A stretch of 32,000 nt of DNA from Ignicoccus islandicus DSM 13165 (GCF_001481685.1 NZ_CP006867.1:600001-632000); one strand, 5' to 3'; numbered from the stretch's first letter, positions 1 to 8,410 are shown. Numbers and translations: made by a program. Notes: generated by a model not told the origin, from the sequence alone.

Positions 1-345
1 CTCTATGAGTCCACGTTGTGAGTGTTTGTCTTTCGGGTGTTCGGCCAAATGCGCTCTAACTCTAACTGCTCTCTTCATTAAATGGAAGAGGTCCTCCGGT
101 ATTGGTGGTGCCACACCTTCCTCTTCCATTATTTGGACAAGTTTCTTTCCAACTATTGGTTTGACTAATGGAATAGCAAATTGGTCTCGTAGAATTATGC
201 CTATCATCGATGGACCATATCCTTTGTGGGCTAGTTCAACTATCATCGTTCTAATTTCTTCTTTGCTGAATCTTACCCATCTAGGTGGCGTATTTCTAAC
301 TGGTCTCTTAGAATGCGACTTTCCTTTTTCCTTCCTCTTGTTCAC
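1..345 (-). CDS. rps15: 30S ribosomal protein S15 (uS15, S15P/S13e), C-terminus cut by the window edge
   Basis: Not in the ORF track because it is open at the window edge. Manual minus-strand translation from GTG at 345..343 gives [69 protein letters not shown]...[17 protein letters not shown]. This matches archaeal S15P/S13e as I remember it. GGAGG (cctcc on + at 351..355) lies 5 nt upstream of the GTG. The frame stays open to position 1. Confidence 0.85.
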   Translation of the reverse strand, partial: MNKRKEKGKSHSKRPVRNTPPRWVRFSKEEIRTMIVELAHKGYGPSMIGIILRDQFAIPLVKPIVGKKLVQIMEEEGVAPPIPEDLFHLMKRAVRVRAHLAEHPKDKHSQRGLIE

Positions 346-435
346 GTTAGCCTCCCAGTGGGGTACTTCTCAAGCTCGGTTTAAATAGATTTAAACAACA
401 ATTCACATAGCTACGCGATAAATATAATAATTATT

Positions 436-1656
436 TTAACCCGAAACTTTGGCTGTATACTCCCTCACGACCTTGGAAAGCCTCTTTATGGCCTCCCTTA
501 TTTCTTCAATGCTTGGATAGGAGAAGTTCAGCCGCATGGTATTTCGTCCACTTCCATCGATGTAGAAGGCCGAGCCAGGAACGTAAGCTACACCTTCACT
601 CAGAGCCATTGGTAACATCTCTTTGGTATCTAGGTTTTCATCAAGGTAAACGAATACGAAGAGTCCGCCTACCGGTTTGGTCCACTTGGCAACGCCATCC
701 ATATACTCTTCCAAGCTCTCTAACATAGCGTCCCTTTTAGCTCTATAGGCTTCTTTGACCTTAGGTATATGACTATCAACAACGCCCCGTTTCAAGGCCT
801 CCGCTGCTATGAGTTGATTAAAAGTTGAAGTATGCAAGTCTGCATTTTGTTTGGCAGTTTCCAGTGCATCAATAATATCTGGATGTGCTGCTACCCATCC
901 TAATCGCAAACCTGGAGCCAATATCTTACTCATAGTGCTTGTATAGATCACTCTGTACTTGTCCTTAGCTCTTAAACGTTCAAACCTTATATGATCTTCG
1001 AACATGAAATGGCTATATGGATCGTCCTCAATAATTAAGAAGTCATATTCTTCTGCCAGTTCTAGGAGCCATTCCCTTCTCTCATTACTCATACTTACTC
1101 CAGAGGGATTCTGTGCAGTTGGAATAGTGTATACAACCTTCGGTTTCTTACCCTCTCTTCTAAACTCCTTTAACTTCTCTTCAAGTTCCTCTATCTTCAT
1201 TCCATGTTCGTCTATTCCAACACCTTCGAATTTTGCGCCAACCGATTTGAAGACGTTAATTGCTGCCAGATAAGTAGGCTTTTCAACAATTACTATGTCA
1301 TTCGGATTTATCAGTATTTGCGAAAGTAAACTTAAAGCTTGTTGGCTACCAGAGGTTACTATTATATTATAAGGTCTCTCGCCTGGAATACCCGCTCTCT
1401 CCATAAATCTTACAAGTTCGTTTCTGAATTCCCTTACGCCTCTAGTAACGCTGTACTGTAAAGCCTTCCAACCGTATTCACGAATTACGTCACTCGAAAT
1501 CTGCGCGAGTTCCTCTACAGGGAAATACTTTGGATCAGGAAGGCCTCCAGCAAGACTAATAACGTTCTTTCCCTCGGTTAACTCCAAAATTTCCCTTATC
1601 TCCGAAGATTCCATAAGGTTTACTCTCTCAGCAATGAATGACTTTATATCTAGCAA
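436..1656 (-). CDS. PLP-dependent aminotransferase, class I/II (2-aminoadipate/aromatic aminotransferase-like)
   Basis: 406-aa ORF with the fold-type I aminotransferase pattern: GLPDP, TSGSQQAL, NPSG, and STMSKILAPGLRLGW with the putative PLP lysine. TTG start at 1656 is preceded by GGGTGGGA (1661..1668 on +). Confidence 0.85.
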   Translation of the reverse strand: MLDIKSFIAERVNLMESSEIREILELTEGKNVISLAGGLPDPKYFPVEELAQISSDVIREYGWKALQYSVTRGVREFRNELVRFMERAGIPGERPYNIIVTSGSQQALSLLSQILINPNDIVIVEKPTYLAAINVFKSVGAKFEGVGIDEHGMKIEELEEKLKEFRREGKKPKVVYTIPTAQNPSGVSMSNERREWLLELAEEYDFLIIEDDPYSHFMFEDHIRFERLRAKDKYRVIYTSTMSKILAPGLRLGWVAAHPDIIDALETAKQNADLHTSTFNQLIAAEALKRGVVDSHIPKVKEAYRAKRDAMLESLEEYMDGVAKWTKPVGGLFVFVYLDENLDTKEMLPMALSEGVAYVPGSAFYIDGSGRNTMRLNFSYPSIEEIREAIKRLSKVVREYTAKVSG

Positions 1657-1692
1657 TAATTCCCACCCTCATCTAATCTCATTTCACTTGTG

Positions 1693-1706
1693 CAAAAACG
1701 TTTTTG
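1693..1706. promoter_or_regulatory. Perfect 14-bp palindrome caaaaacgtttttg next to a TATA-like box (minus-strand TTTTAAATA, 1707..1715). Candidate operator, or an oligo-T terminator for the upstream operon.
   Basis: Read directly. The sequence equals its own reverse complement. It lies in the 67-nt gap between the DUF5591-like gene stop (1724) and the aminotransferase start (1656). Confidence 0.3.
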
Positions 1707-1723
1707 TATTTAAAAGGTTACCC

Positions 1724-2524
1724 TTATATCGCCATTGAAACTAAGAGATTCTTTAGTTTAGGGAAATAATAGACGTTGTACGGATTGTAATGAATGTTGA
1801 GTTCTAAGTCTTTTATTGCTTCTTCAAATATAGCCCTATGCTTTTTAGGTAGCGTATAGATGAACTTCTCAAATTTATTCATTAAAATTCCCAATGCCTT
1901 CCTTAAGAGTCTTACGTATATTTCTATTTCATTTTCAGTAAGCTTCTCGGGAGGGTAATCGTAATGGGCTGCCGGATAATAGATGTCAAAGAACCTGGGA
2001 ACAATAACTAATGGTTCACTGACAACGAAGCGCCATACGTCTACACCGTACTTGTTTATTATAGCCTCTATCTTTCTATACATGAAGCTATCTCGATAGG
2101 GTTTCACCTTAGAACAAGGTGTAAATAATGCTGTGTCGCCTCCAGTTATGTTTTCAAGCAAATAACCAAAGAGATACTCGTGATAATCCATGACAATAGA
2201 GTTTAGGAATAGTTCCTCTCCCTCTAATAGTATAGTTCCAGGGACAGAATAGACTTCCTCGGGAGAATATCCTCGAAGTAAGTAAAATCCAATAGGTGTC
2301 ATTATAACTATCTTTTTCGTAAAGAAGTATTGGGGATCTATTACTAGAGTTTTTATACCGAGCTCTAGTTCCTCTTTAGAGATTGGGACACCTTCTATTA
2401 ACTTTCCGATAATGTTTAGGATATCATCCTTCTTTTCTTTATATATATTAAATGCTTCTTGAAATACGCCGTTTCGAGTCTTCTTATTTTCTATTCTCTC
2501 GACTATTGATATTAGACCGTTCAA
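1724..2524 (-). CDS. ArcS C1-domain-like (DUF5591-type) protein, stand-alone
   Basis: 266-aa ORF. It contains PCSKVKPYRDS (PC-x3-KPY-x2-S), the motif I recall as diagnostic of archaeosine synthase ArcS domain C1. This is followed by VVSEPLVIVPRFFDIYYPAAHYDYPP, which parallels VAISSPGVVPEEFSNEYPFNSYDWPE in the 451-aa protein at 11451..12806. Confidence 0.55.
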   Translation of the reverse strand: MNGLISIVERIENKKTRNGVFQEAFNIYKEKKDDILNIIGKLIEGVPISKEELELGIKTLVIDPQYFFTKKIVIMTPIGFYLLRGYSPEEVYSVPGTILLEGEELFLNSIVMDYHEYLFGYLLENITGGDTALFTPCSKVKPYRDSFMYRKIEAIINKYGVDVWRFVVSEPLVIVPRFFDIYYPAAHYDYPPEKLTENEIEIYVRLLRKALGILMNKFEKFIYTLPKKHRAIFEEAIKDLELNIHYNPYNVYYFPKLKNLLVSMAI

Positions 2525-3386
2525 TTGGACGTCCCTTTAGGCTATAGAGGTACTTACCTATGGAATTCCCCACATCTAGTAATACAATTGTTAATACCAA
2601 GAAGATTATTGCAGCACCACTGATTGGTACGTTATAGAAGGACGATATTTCAATTCCAATAATCAACGATATCATTGAGGCTATATACGTTATATCAACT
2701 ACGTCCACTAAATCCCTCCTCAATCCTCTAACAGCAAGCAATGTTGGAAGGACGAGTAAGCTTTGAGATGTAAAGAGACCTAGGTAATACGACGTTAAAC
2801 TAGTTCCAAAGACACTAATGAAAACAGCTACTGCAATTCTCAAGAACGTCATAGAGCTCATAACAGAGACATACTCCTTATCGAATATTATGGAGACAAT
2901 GTGATCTCTAATAAGCATTGAGATTATAACGAGAAGTGATGAAATAGCGAAGTATATTACTGCTTCATCGAAGGTAACTAACGTTAAGTCCTTCATTATT
3001 TGGTAGAATGCTTCGAACGCTATTTCTGAATTTGTCAGCATTACTCCTACTACGATAAGCGTAATAATTATTGTGGCTATCTCTGAGGCTTCTTCGGTTT
3101 TTTCTTTCGATTCAGCATATACAAAAAATATACTCAATACCACGCTTAGAAGAAAAAGTATAGATATCGTATAGTACGGTGATAATTGTAGAATAGAACT
3201 TACCATCGATACCATCAAACCCAACAAGCCTGAGCTAAAGAGTATCCCTATTGATTCACTACAGACAATGAAACACGATACTGTAGGGGAAAGCATAGAG
3301 AGAGATGAGCTGGCTATTACTAGACTTGGTTCAGCAACTACCGTCGTTAACACTGTTAGTATTATCGAAATAATGAAAGCGATCAT
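2484..3386 (-). CDS. Polytopic integral membrane protein, possibly an ABC-3-type metal permease
   Basis: 300-aa ORF that is hydrophobic almost throughout, with about 8 predicted helices by eye. Its start overlaps the stop of the upstream binding-protein gene by 4 nt. The permease assignment comes from context and size only. Confidence 0.4.
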   Translation of the reverse strand: MIAFIISIILTVLTTVVAEPSLVIASSSLSMLSPTVSCFIVCSESIGILFSSGLLGLMVSMVSSILQLSPYYTISILFLLSVVLSIFFVYAESKEKTEEASEIATIIITLIVVGVMLTNSEIAFEAFYQIMKDLTLVTFDEAVIYFAISSLLVIISMLIRDHIVSIIFDKEYVSVMSSMTFLRIAVAVFISVFGTSLTSYYLGLFTSQSLLVLPTLLAVRGLRRDLVDVVDITYIASMISLIIGIEISSFYNVPISGAAIIFLVLTIVLLDVGNSIGKYLYSLKGRPIERSNINSRENRK

Positions 3387-4273
3387 TTTACCTTCAAGAG
3401 CTGATCACATACATCTCTTAAATAGTTACTGAAAGTGCTTGGTGTTTCCCATAGTATGTTGATTTTAATTACTGGTACGTCTAACTTCTTTGCTTCTTTA
3501 AGAACTATCTTAGTAATAGGAAGCTTCTCGGAGAATTCCGATACTACTATTGCATCTACACCTTTCAGCAACTTCTTGACCTTACTTAGTTCAGTTAAGC
3601 TAGTATGTACGCCCTTAGTTTGAACTACGTGAACAACGTTTACACCGAAATTGAGTACCGGATAGGTTTCGCCAGGTACCATTGTAATAACTCTTAAGCC
3701 TCGAGTTCTAGGTATGCATTGTACTAGTATTGATTCAATATTGTGAAATTCGGTCTTCAAATTATTGACGTACATGTTACACTTCGATGGTTCTATTTTA
3801 CATGCTATAGATACCATCTTAGACATTATTAATTCTACATTGGGTACATATAACCACCATCCATGTGGATTCAGTCCAACGTTAGCAACGCTCAGAATGA
3901 CGAATCCATGAGACATAAGCTGAATGACTGGGTTACTAAAGGTGGTTATTTGAGGTACGCTTTCCTTACCTTGTTCTAATCTTTTCTCAGCGATTTGAAC
4001 CTCAAAGGGCCAATGTGCTGTCTGGAGGAAAATGTCTGCCTTTAGCGAAGTTGCAACGTCATTCGGAGAAGGTTTCCATATTAAGGGTGAAGTATAAGGT
4101 GGTATCAGAACCTTTACTTGAGCACCAGGAAAGACAGATCTTGCAATCATTCCTAAGGAGTCTATAGTCGTAACTATTTGAAACGAATAAACGAAATTGA
4201 TGCCGACCAAGAGAATGGCAAAAAGTTTTAAGCTAGGAGACGGTCTTTGTTTATCAACCCTTATTATCTTCAT
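3383..4273 (-). CDS. ZnuA/TroA-like (cluster A) solute-binding protein
   Basis: 296-aa ORF with an N-terminal hydrophobic anchor (LKLFAILLVGINFVYS). IVTTIDSLGMIARSV...VKVLIPP...PSPNDV...ADIF and LNPHGWWLYVPN resemble the ZnuA/TroA layout. The first DPH-type ligand position reads SPLIWK. Confidence 0.5.
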   Translation of the reverse strand: MKIIRVDKQRPSPSLKLFAILLVGINFVYSFQIVTTIDSLGMIARSVFPGAQVKVLIPPYTSPLIWKPSPNDVATSLKADIFLQTAHWPFEVQIAEKRLEQGKESVPQITTFSNPVIQLMSHGFVILSVANVGLNPHGWWLYVPNVELIMSKMVSIACKIEPSKCNMYVNNLKTEFHNIESILVQCIPRTRGLRVITMVPGETYPVLNFGVNVVHVVQTKGVHTSLTELSKVKKLLKGVDAIVVSEFSEKLPITKIVLKEAKKLDVPVIKINILWETPSTFSNYLRDVCDQLLKVK

Positions 4274-4671
4274 ATTTTCGTACCCTGCTGTCGTAAATAC
4301 ATTACCATTTTAAGAGTGTCTTTAATTATGTCCTTATGATCAAATGCTAACTCTTCCCAAGGTATTTCAGCTATCTCAAACCACTTAGCATCCTCTGCAT
4401 CTGTTCCTGGGGTAGGAGTGACCATCGTTCTCTCTTTGGGTATTGCCAAATAAGCAACGCTAACGTAGTGACCTCGTGGATCTCGATGAGGATCTGAGTA
4501 AACCGATATTAGAGTTACTAACTCGCCTTCAATACCGGTCTCCTCCTTTAGTTCTCTGAGGGCTGCATCTTCAACTCTCTCACCACATTCCACGTGCCCA
4601 CCTGGAAGTGCCCATTTACCCTTGAACGGCTCCCTCCCTCTCTTTATTAGCAATATTTTATCTTTATACAT
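4270..4671 (-). CDS. Nudix hydrolase (ADP-ribose pyrophosphatase-like)
   Basis: Complete Nudix box GGHVECGERVEDAALRELKEETGI (G-x5-E-x7-REUxEExGU). The stop overlaps the next gene start (ATGA at 4270..4273). Confidence 0.9.
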   Translation of the reverse strand: MYKDKILLIKRGREPFKGKWALPGGHVECGERVEDAALRELKEETGIEGELVTLISVYSDPHRDPRGHYVSVAYLAIPKERTMVTPTPGTDAEDAKWFEIAEIPWEELAFDHKDIIKDTLKMVMYLRQQGTKI

Positions 4672-4775
4672 TAGTACTACGTCTGTGGTTAGAATAGGTC
4701 TACACTTGCCTTTCTCTGCCGTAACTATTTTCGTTCACCTCTAGATTCATTTAGGCACTAATTATGAACTTAAAA

Positions 4776-5693
4776 TTAAGCATTAGCTTGCGATTCTCTT
4801 TCTCTCATAGCCTTTTCTGCCATTATTATAGCTAGATAATATAGAACGAACATTGGTATACCAATAGCAAGCATGCTCACGCCGGTACCTCCAGGCGTTA
4901 TTACAGCTGCTATAAACATTATCACTAAGAAAGCTATCCTCAAGTTTCTTCCTTTTAGCTGTTCAGGTCTTAAGATTCCAAGTAAGACTAAATAGTAAAC
5001 TACTATGGGTAACAGGAACGATAATCCCGTTACTAGAGATGTAAATATAACGAAGTTTATGACATCGGATAAGCACCACCTCACTTCAGCACCTGCTACT
5101 TGTCCAAATATCACCACGAGTTGAAGTCCGAAGGGCACTACTATAGTAATTGCGAATACCTCACCTAGTAAGAAGAGACCAACAGTACTCAATATCCCGT
5201 TCCTTATCATTCTCCTTTCATGTTTTTCGAGTGCTGGCCATATGTAGCATAGCATTTGGTAAACTATGTAAGGCAATGAAAGTATGAGGGCGCCCCAGAT
5301 TATAATTACAACATACGCGTTCATCAAACCTTCAGCATTACAAATTATGGGTGTAATACCCATTCTATCTATCGCTACGGTAACTACTCTAAGAAGGGCA
5401 ACCATTGCTGGAATGTAACCGAGCCAGCGCAAGAGCTCCTTTAGGTACTCGGCACCAACTATATTACCAACATCATTGGGACTACAGTAAACCCCAAATA
5501 GCGGACACGAAATCCAGTTTATTGGAAAGAATACTACTATCAATACCGAAATTAAGAACGCGAATATCGAACGTCTAATTCTTATTATTAATTCTTCGAT
5601 ATGTGGTGTAATGTCCTCTGAATACGCAGCTTCGCTTTCGCATTCAAAGGCAGATTTTAACGGTTTCAATATTTTCTTTAAAAGTTTATTCAT
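4776..5693 (-). CDS. tatC: Sec-independent (twin-arginine) translocase subunit TatC
   Basis: 305-aa polytopic protein. HIEELIIRIRRSIFAFLISVLIV is a TatC-type N-terminus, there are about 6 TM segments, and it lies immediately downstream of tatA. Confidence 0.85.
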   Translation of the reverse strand: MNKLLKKILKPLKSAFECESEAAYSEDITPHIEELIIRIRRSIFAFLISVLIVVFFPINWISCPLFGVYCSPNDVGNIVGAEYLKELLRWLGYIPAMVALLRVVTVAIDRMGITPIICNAEGLMNAYVVIIIWGALILSLPYIVYQMLCYIWPALEKHERRMIRNGILSTVGLFLLGEVFAITIVVPFGLQLVVIFGQVAGAEVRWCLSDVINFVIFTSLVTGLSFLLPIVVYYLVLLGILRPEQLKGRNLRIAFLVIMFIAAVITPGGTGVSMLAIGIPMFVLYYLAIIMAEKAMRERESQANA

Positions 5694-5730
5694 TTCGTAA
5701 CCCTTTCAGACCTAGGGTTATATGCGGAAT

Positions 5731-6075
5731 TTATTCTTCCGTTAGTTTCTCTTCTTTAGCTTTAGCAACTATTTCCTTTTCGAGTTCCTCTCGTGTCTTA
5801 CCTTCGGTTTCGATTCCAAGTCTCTTAGCTATTTCTCTAATTTGTTCATCAGTGAGCTTCTTCTCTTCTTTTTCCTCTCTCTTTTTGGGTTTCTCTTCTT
5901 CGTATTCACCCTCCATTGCCTTCTTGAATTCCCTTACTGCCTCGCCGAATCCCCTAGCCAGTTCGGGTATCTTCGAAGGCCCTAAGATGAGGAGAAGCGC
6001 TAGTATCAGTAATATTAGCATCTCATTTGGACCCACACTGAGCAAAGGCACCAGTAACATTTCGATCAACGCCAT
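5731..6075 (-). CDS. tatA: TatA/E-type translocase subunit with a long charged C-terminal tail
   Basis: MALIEMLLVPLLSVGPNEMLILLILALLLILGPSKIPELARGFGEAVREFKKAMEG matches the TatA TM plus amphipathic helix (GP.K.PE..R..G....EFKKA). I trimmed the track ORF (5731..6330) to the ATG at 6075. The longer version overlaps rpl13e on the other strand and has no TatA-like sequence. An AT-rich TATA-like stretch lies at 6091..6106. Confidence 0.8.
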   Translation of the reverse strand: MALIEMLLVPLLSVGPNEMLILLILALLLILGPSKIPELARGFGEAVREFKKAMEGEYEEEKPKKREEKEEKKLTDEQIREIAKRLGIETEGKTREELEKEIVAKAKEEKLTEE

Positions 6076-6193
6076 CCCTAGCTTTTGAGTGAAATATATA
6101 TTTATTTTGTTATTTTCTCTTAAACTGATCCCTAAGAAGCGCGAGAATTCAAGTATTATAACCTCTCTCAGAACGTTCAGCTGGTGACCATAA

Positions 6194-6430
6194 ATGGAGG
6201 TACCAAAGGCAGAAGTACTTACACCAATACTTAGAAAGGACGCTGGTAAGAAGCCCAAGAGAAGGACTGGTAAAGGGTTTAGTAAGGGTGAACTTGAAGC
6301 AGTTGGTCTAGATTTCAAGAGAGCGCTCAAATTAGGTCTTCCAATTGATAAAAGGAGAAAGACTGTCCATGAATGGAACGTTGAAAAACTCCGTAAGTAC
6401 CTTTCTAATATAACCGGAAGGAAAGAATGA
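6194..6430 (+). CDS. rpl13e: 50S ribosomal protein L13e (eL13)
   Basis: 78-aa basic protein. KGFSKGELEAVGLDFKRALKLGLPIDKRRK matches the archaeal L13e core as I recall it. Confidence 0.8.
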   Translation: MEVPKAEVLTPILRKDAGKKPKRRTGKGFSKGELEAVGLDFKRALKLGLPIDKRRKTVHEWNVEKLRKYLSNITGRKE

Positions 6431-6549
6431 CACGAAAAAGAAGGCTTTTCTTTATTATTATAGTAGTTTGGGGCATTTCACTAATGTTGTTAATTTATTT
6501 GTATTGGAACTTCCTTACTGAACTATTTCAAATGGTGACGAAGAAATGA
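6427..6549 (+). CDS. 40-aa single-pass membrane micro-protein (unannotated, below the track cutoff)
   Basis: Manual translation gives MTRKRRLFFIIIVVWGISLMLLIYLYWNFLTELFQMVTKK. Its ATG overlaps the rpl13e stop (ATGA 6427..6430) and its TGA overlaps the ubiX start (ATGA 6546..6549). It fills the rpl13e-ubiX gap exactly. Confidence 0.45.
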   Translation: MTRKRRLFFIIIVVWGISLMLLIYLYWNFLTELFQMVTKK

Positions 6550-7121
6550 AGATAGTGGTAGGTATAACTGGTGCATCCGGATTACCACTCTCTTCTAGGT
6601 TAATTGATGTATTGAGGCAAAATAGTAACATACACGTTCACGTAGTAGCATCCGAAGGTGCCTTACTTGTAGCACGTGAAGAACCATGCACGTACCCGGA
6701 TCTAAAGCCATGTGATTTAGTCAAATACATTAAAAGTATGGGGGTTGGTATCGACGTTAGCCTCTCTTCAATGTATGCTTCCAGTTCAAACGTTCCAGAT
6801 AAAGTCGTAATAGTTCCAGCTTCGATGAAGAGCGTTGCTTCCATATCTTTAGGACTCGCAAATACCTTACCCACACGTGTTGCATTGAACGCATTAAGGA
6901 TGGGGCGAGAACTAGTACTAGTACCTAGAGAAACTCCTTTGGGAAGCATTGAACTAGGACATTTATACAAACTTTCTACACTGGGAGTTAAAATAGTTCC
7001 ACCAATCCCGGCCTTTTACCCTAATCCTTCATCTATACTCGATATAATAGATTTTATCGTAGGCAAAATCTTAGACGTCATGAAAATCGATCATAATTTG
7101 TATAAACGCTATAAACATTAA
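6546..7121 (+). CDS. ubiX: Flavin prenyltransferase UbiX/Pad1 family
   Basis: MKIVVGITGASG N-terminus, VIVPASMKSVASISLGLA and LVPRETPL match the UbiX flavoprotein pattern. Length is 191 aa. Confidence 0.85.
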   Translation: MKIVVGITGASGLPLSSRLIDVLRQNSNIHVHVVASEGALLVAREEPCTYPDLKPCDLVKYIKSMGVGIDVSLSSMYASSSNVPDKVVIVPASMKSVASISLGLANTLPTRVALNALRMGRELVLVPRETPLGSIELGHLYKLSTLGVKIVPPIPAFYPNPSSILDIIDFIVGKILDVMKIDHNLYKRYKH

Positions 7122-7173
7122 CTCAGCGAAATAATATTTTACTACACCTAGCGGTCTGTCCAGGTGTACTTAA

Positions 7174-8313
7174 TTGAATTCAATTGGATGTGAATTAGAG
7201 GTTCTAGTGCTAAAAGGATCGGAACCTTTAACTCGGACCGAATTCTTACGTATCATCGAAGAGGAACTGAAAGGCGAAATATTAAGAGATCCGTGTACTA
7301 ACGACATAGTCGGTACAAGGCTTGAAAACAACGTTACCTTAAAGACCGATACTACCTCTATGATCTGGGAGTTCTCTTTCCCGCCTGTTACGAATACCAA
7401 AAGTTTAATTAACCAAATATATAAAGTGAGAGAATTGATATCTGAGCTAGGTCTCCAATTATATCCTTCTGGGTACTATCCTAATCCTGGAATCAAATGG
7501 TACATTAGAAACGCTTCTCCTCGAGGTCATTATAGGTTGCTTCATTGGTATGGATATTCTCATTGGAAGATTGCTTCGATGGCATCTACGCAAATATGGT
7601 TGGAAGTACCAGTCAATGCGTTGCCACGAACTCTTTCACTGATAAACGCGATATCACCCAGTATATTAGAAAAGTTCGCAAATTCAGAATGTTGTTCATG
7701 GAAAGAGTATCGCGTTGAACTATGGCGCCAATTCGCTATAACTTCGTGGGCTACAGTACCTGAAACGTGGTTACCTAAAGTATTTCGGTCATGGAAAGAC
7801 ATATTAGATTATTTATTTTCAGGAAGGCTCCAAGAAACTTCGATGTGTAAGGATCTCTCTGGATATTCGCTAAATGAACTTGCTTCGATGCTTATGGAAA
7901 GCAGTGGCCAAGTTTTAGCCCGTTCTTTTGATATGAGTCTCTCTACTGCTTCTTCGAGAGAAATTATTGAAGGAATGCAGAGGTGGATATTTAACCCAGC
8001 CATTCCTAGATGGTGGAGTTCACGTAACATACCCAATGAGTGGTTAACAGAGTATTTGCGAGGAAACACTGAACCATTCGTTGAGAGTCTCGAAAGAACC
8101 TTTATAGAAGTTAGGTTCTTACCTACGCTAGCTACAACACCAGAGAAGTTACATGATGTTATCGAAACGCTTGTACAAGTGCTTGATGCTGGACGCGACG
8201 TTGAAGTAGATCTAAATATAGAGCCTATAATTAAACACGAGTACTTAGAGGCTGCCAAAGGCATAAAACCTAAATCATCTAATCGTATTCTCGAAAAACT
8301 TACAAAGAGATAA
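7174..8313 (+). CDS. Possible glutamate-cysteine ligase family 2 / carboxylate-amine ligase-like protein
   Basis: 379-aa ORF with a TTG start. IGCELEVLVL at the N-terminus, TSMIWEFSFPP...ELGLQLYPSGYYP and STQIWLEV loosely follow the GCS2 layout. This is weak recognition by eye only. Confidence 0.35.
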   Translation: MNSIGCELEVLVLKGSEPLTRTEFLRIIEEELKGEILRDPCTNDIVGTRLENNVTLKTDTTSMIWEFSFPPVTNTKSLINQIYKVRELISELGLQLYPSGYYPNPGIKWYIRNASPRGHYRLLHWYGYSHWKIASMASTQIWLEVPVNALPRTLSLINAISPSILEKFANSECCSWKEYRVELWRQFAITSWATVPETWLPKVFRSWKDILDYLFSGRLQETSMCKDLSGYSLNELASMLMESSGQVLARSFDMSLSTASSREIIEGMQRWIFNPAIPRWWSSRNIPNEWLTEYLRGNTEPFVESLERTFIEVRFLPTLATTPEKLHDVIETLVQVLDAGRDVEVDLNIEPIIKHEYLEAAKGIKPKSSNRILEKLTKR

Positions 8314-8363
8314 AGCTATTACGGTATTATCTAATAAGACTGATGTTATACTAGTCGACTAAT

Positions 8364-8373
8364 TTTTAAATAC
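8364..8373 (+). promoter_or_regulatory. TATA-like box (tttttaaata) upstream of tuf, followed by GGAGGA/GAGGT Shine-Dalgarno-like motifs at 8395..8408
   Basis: Read directly. It lies about 40 nt upstream of the ATG at 8411. Confidence 0.4.
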
Positions 8374-8410
8374 GCACAGAGTCAAGTGGGTAACGGAGGA
8401 ATGAGGTAAC

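Noticed and set aside
5-388. Track ORF of 127 aa on the + strand at the left edge
   Set aside because: It is antisense to a clearly recognisable ribosomal protein S15 gene (minus strand, 1..345). The product has no recognisable features.
6076-6330. N-terminal 85-residue extension of the tatA ORF as given in the track
   Set aside because: The extension overlaps rpl13e on the other strand and has no TatA-like sequence. It would place about 85 residues ahead of a TM helix that is N-terminal in the TatA proteins I recall. The internal ATG at 6075 has an AT-rich TATA-like stretch upstream.
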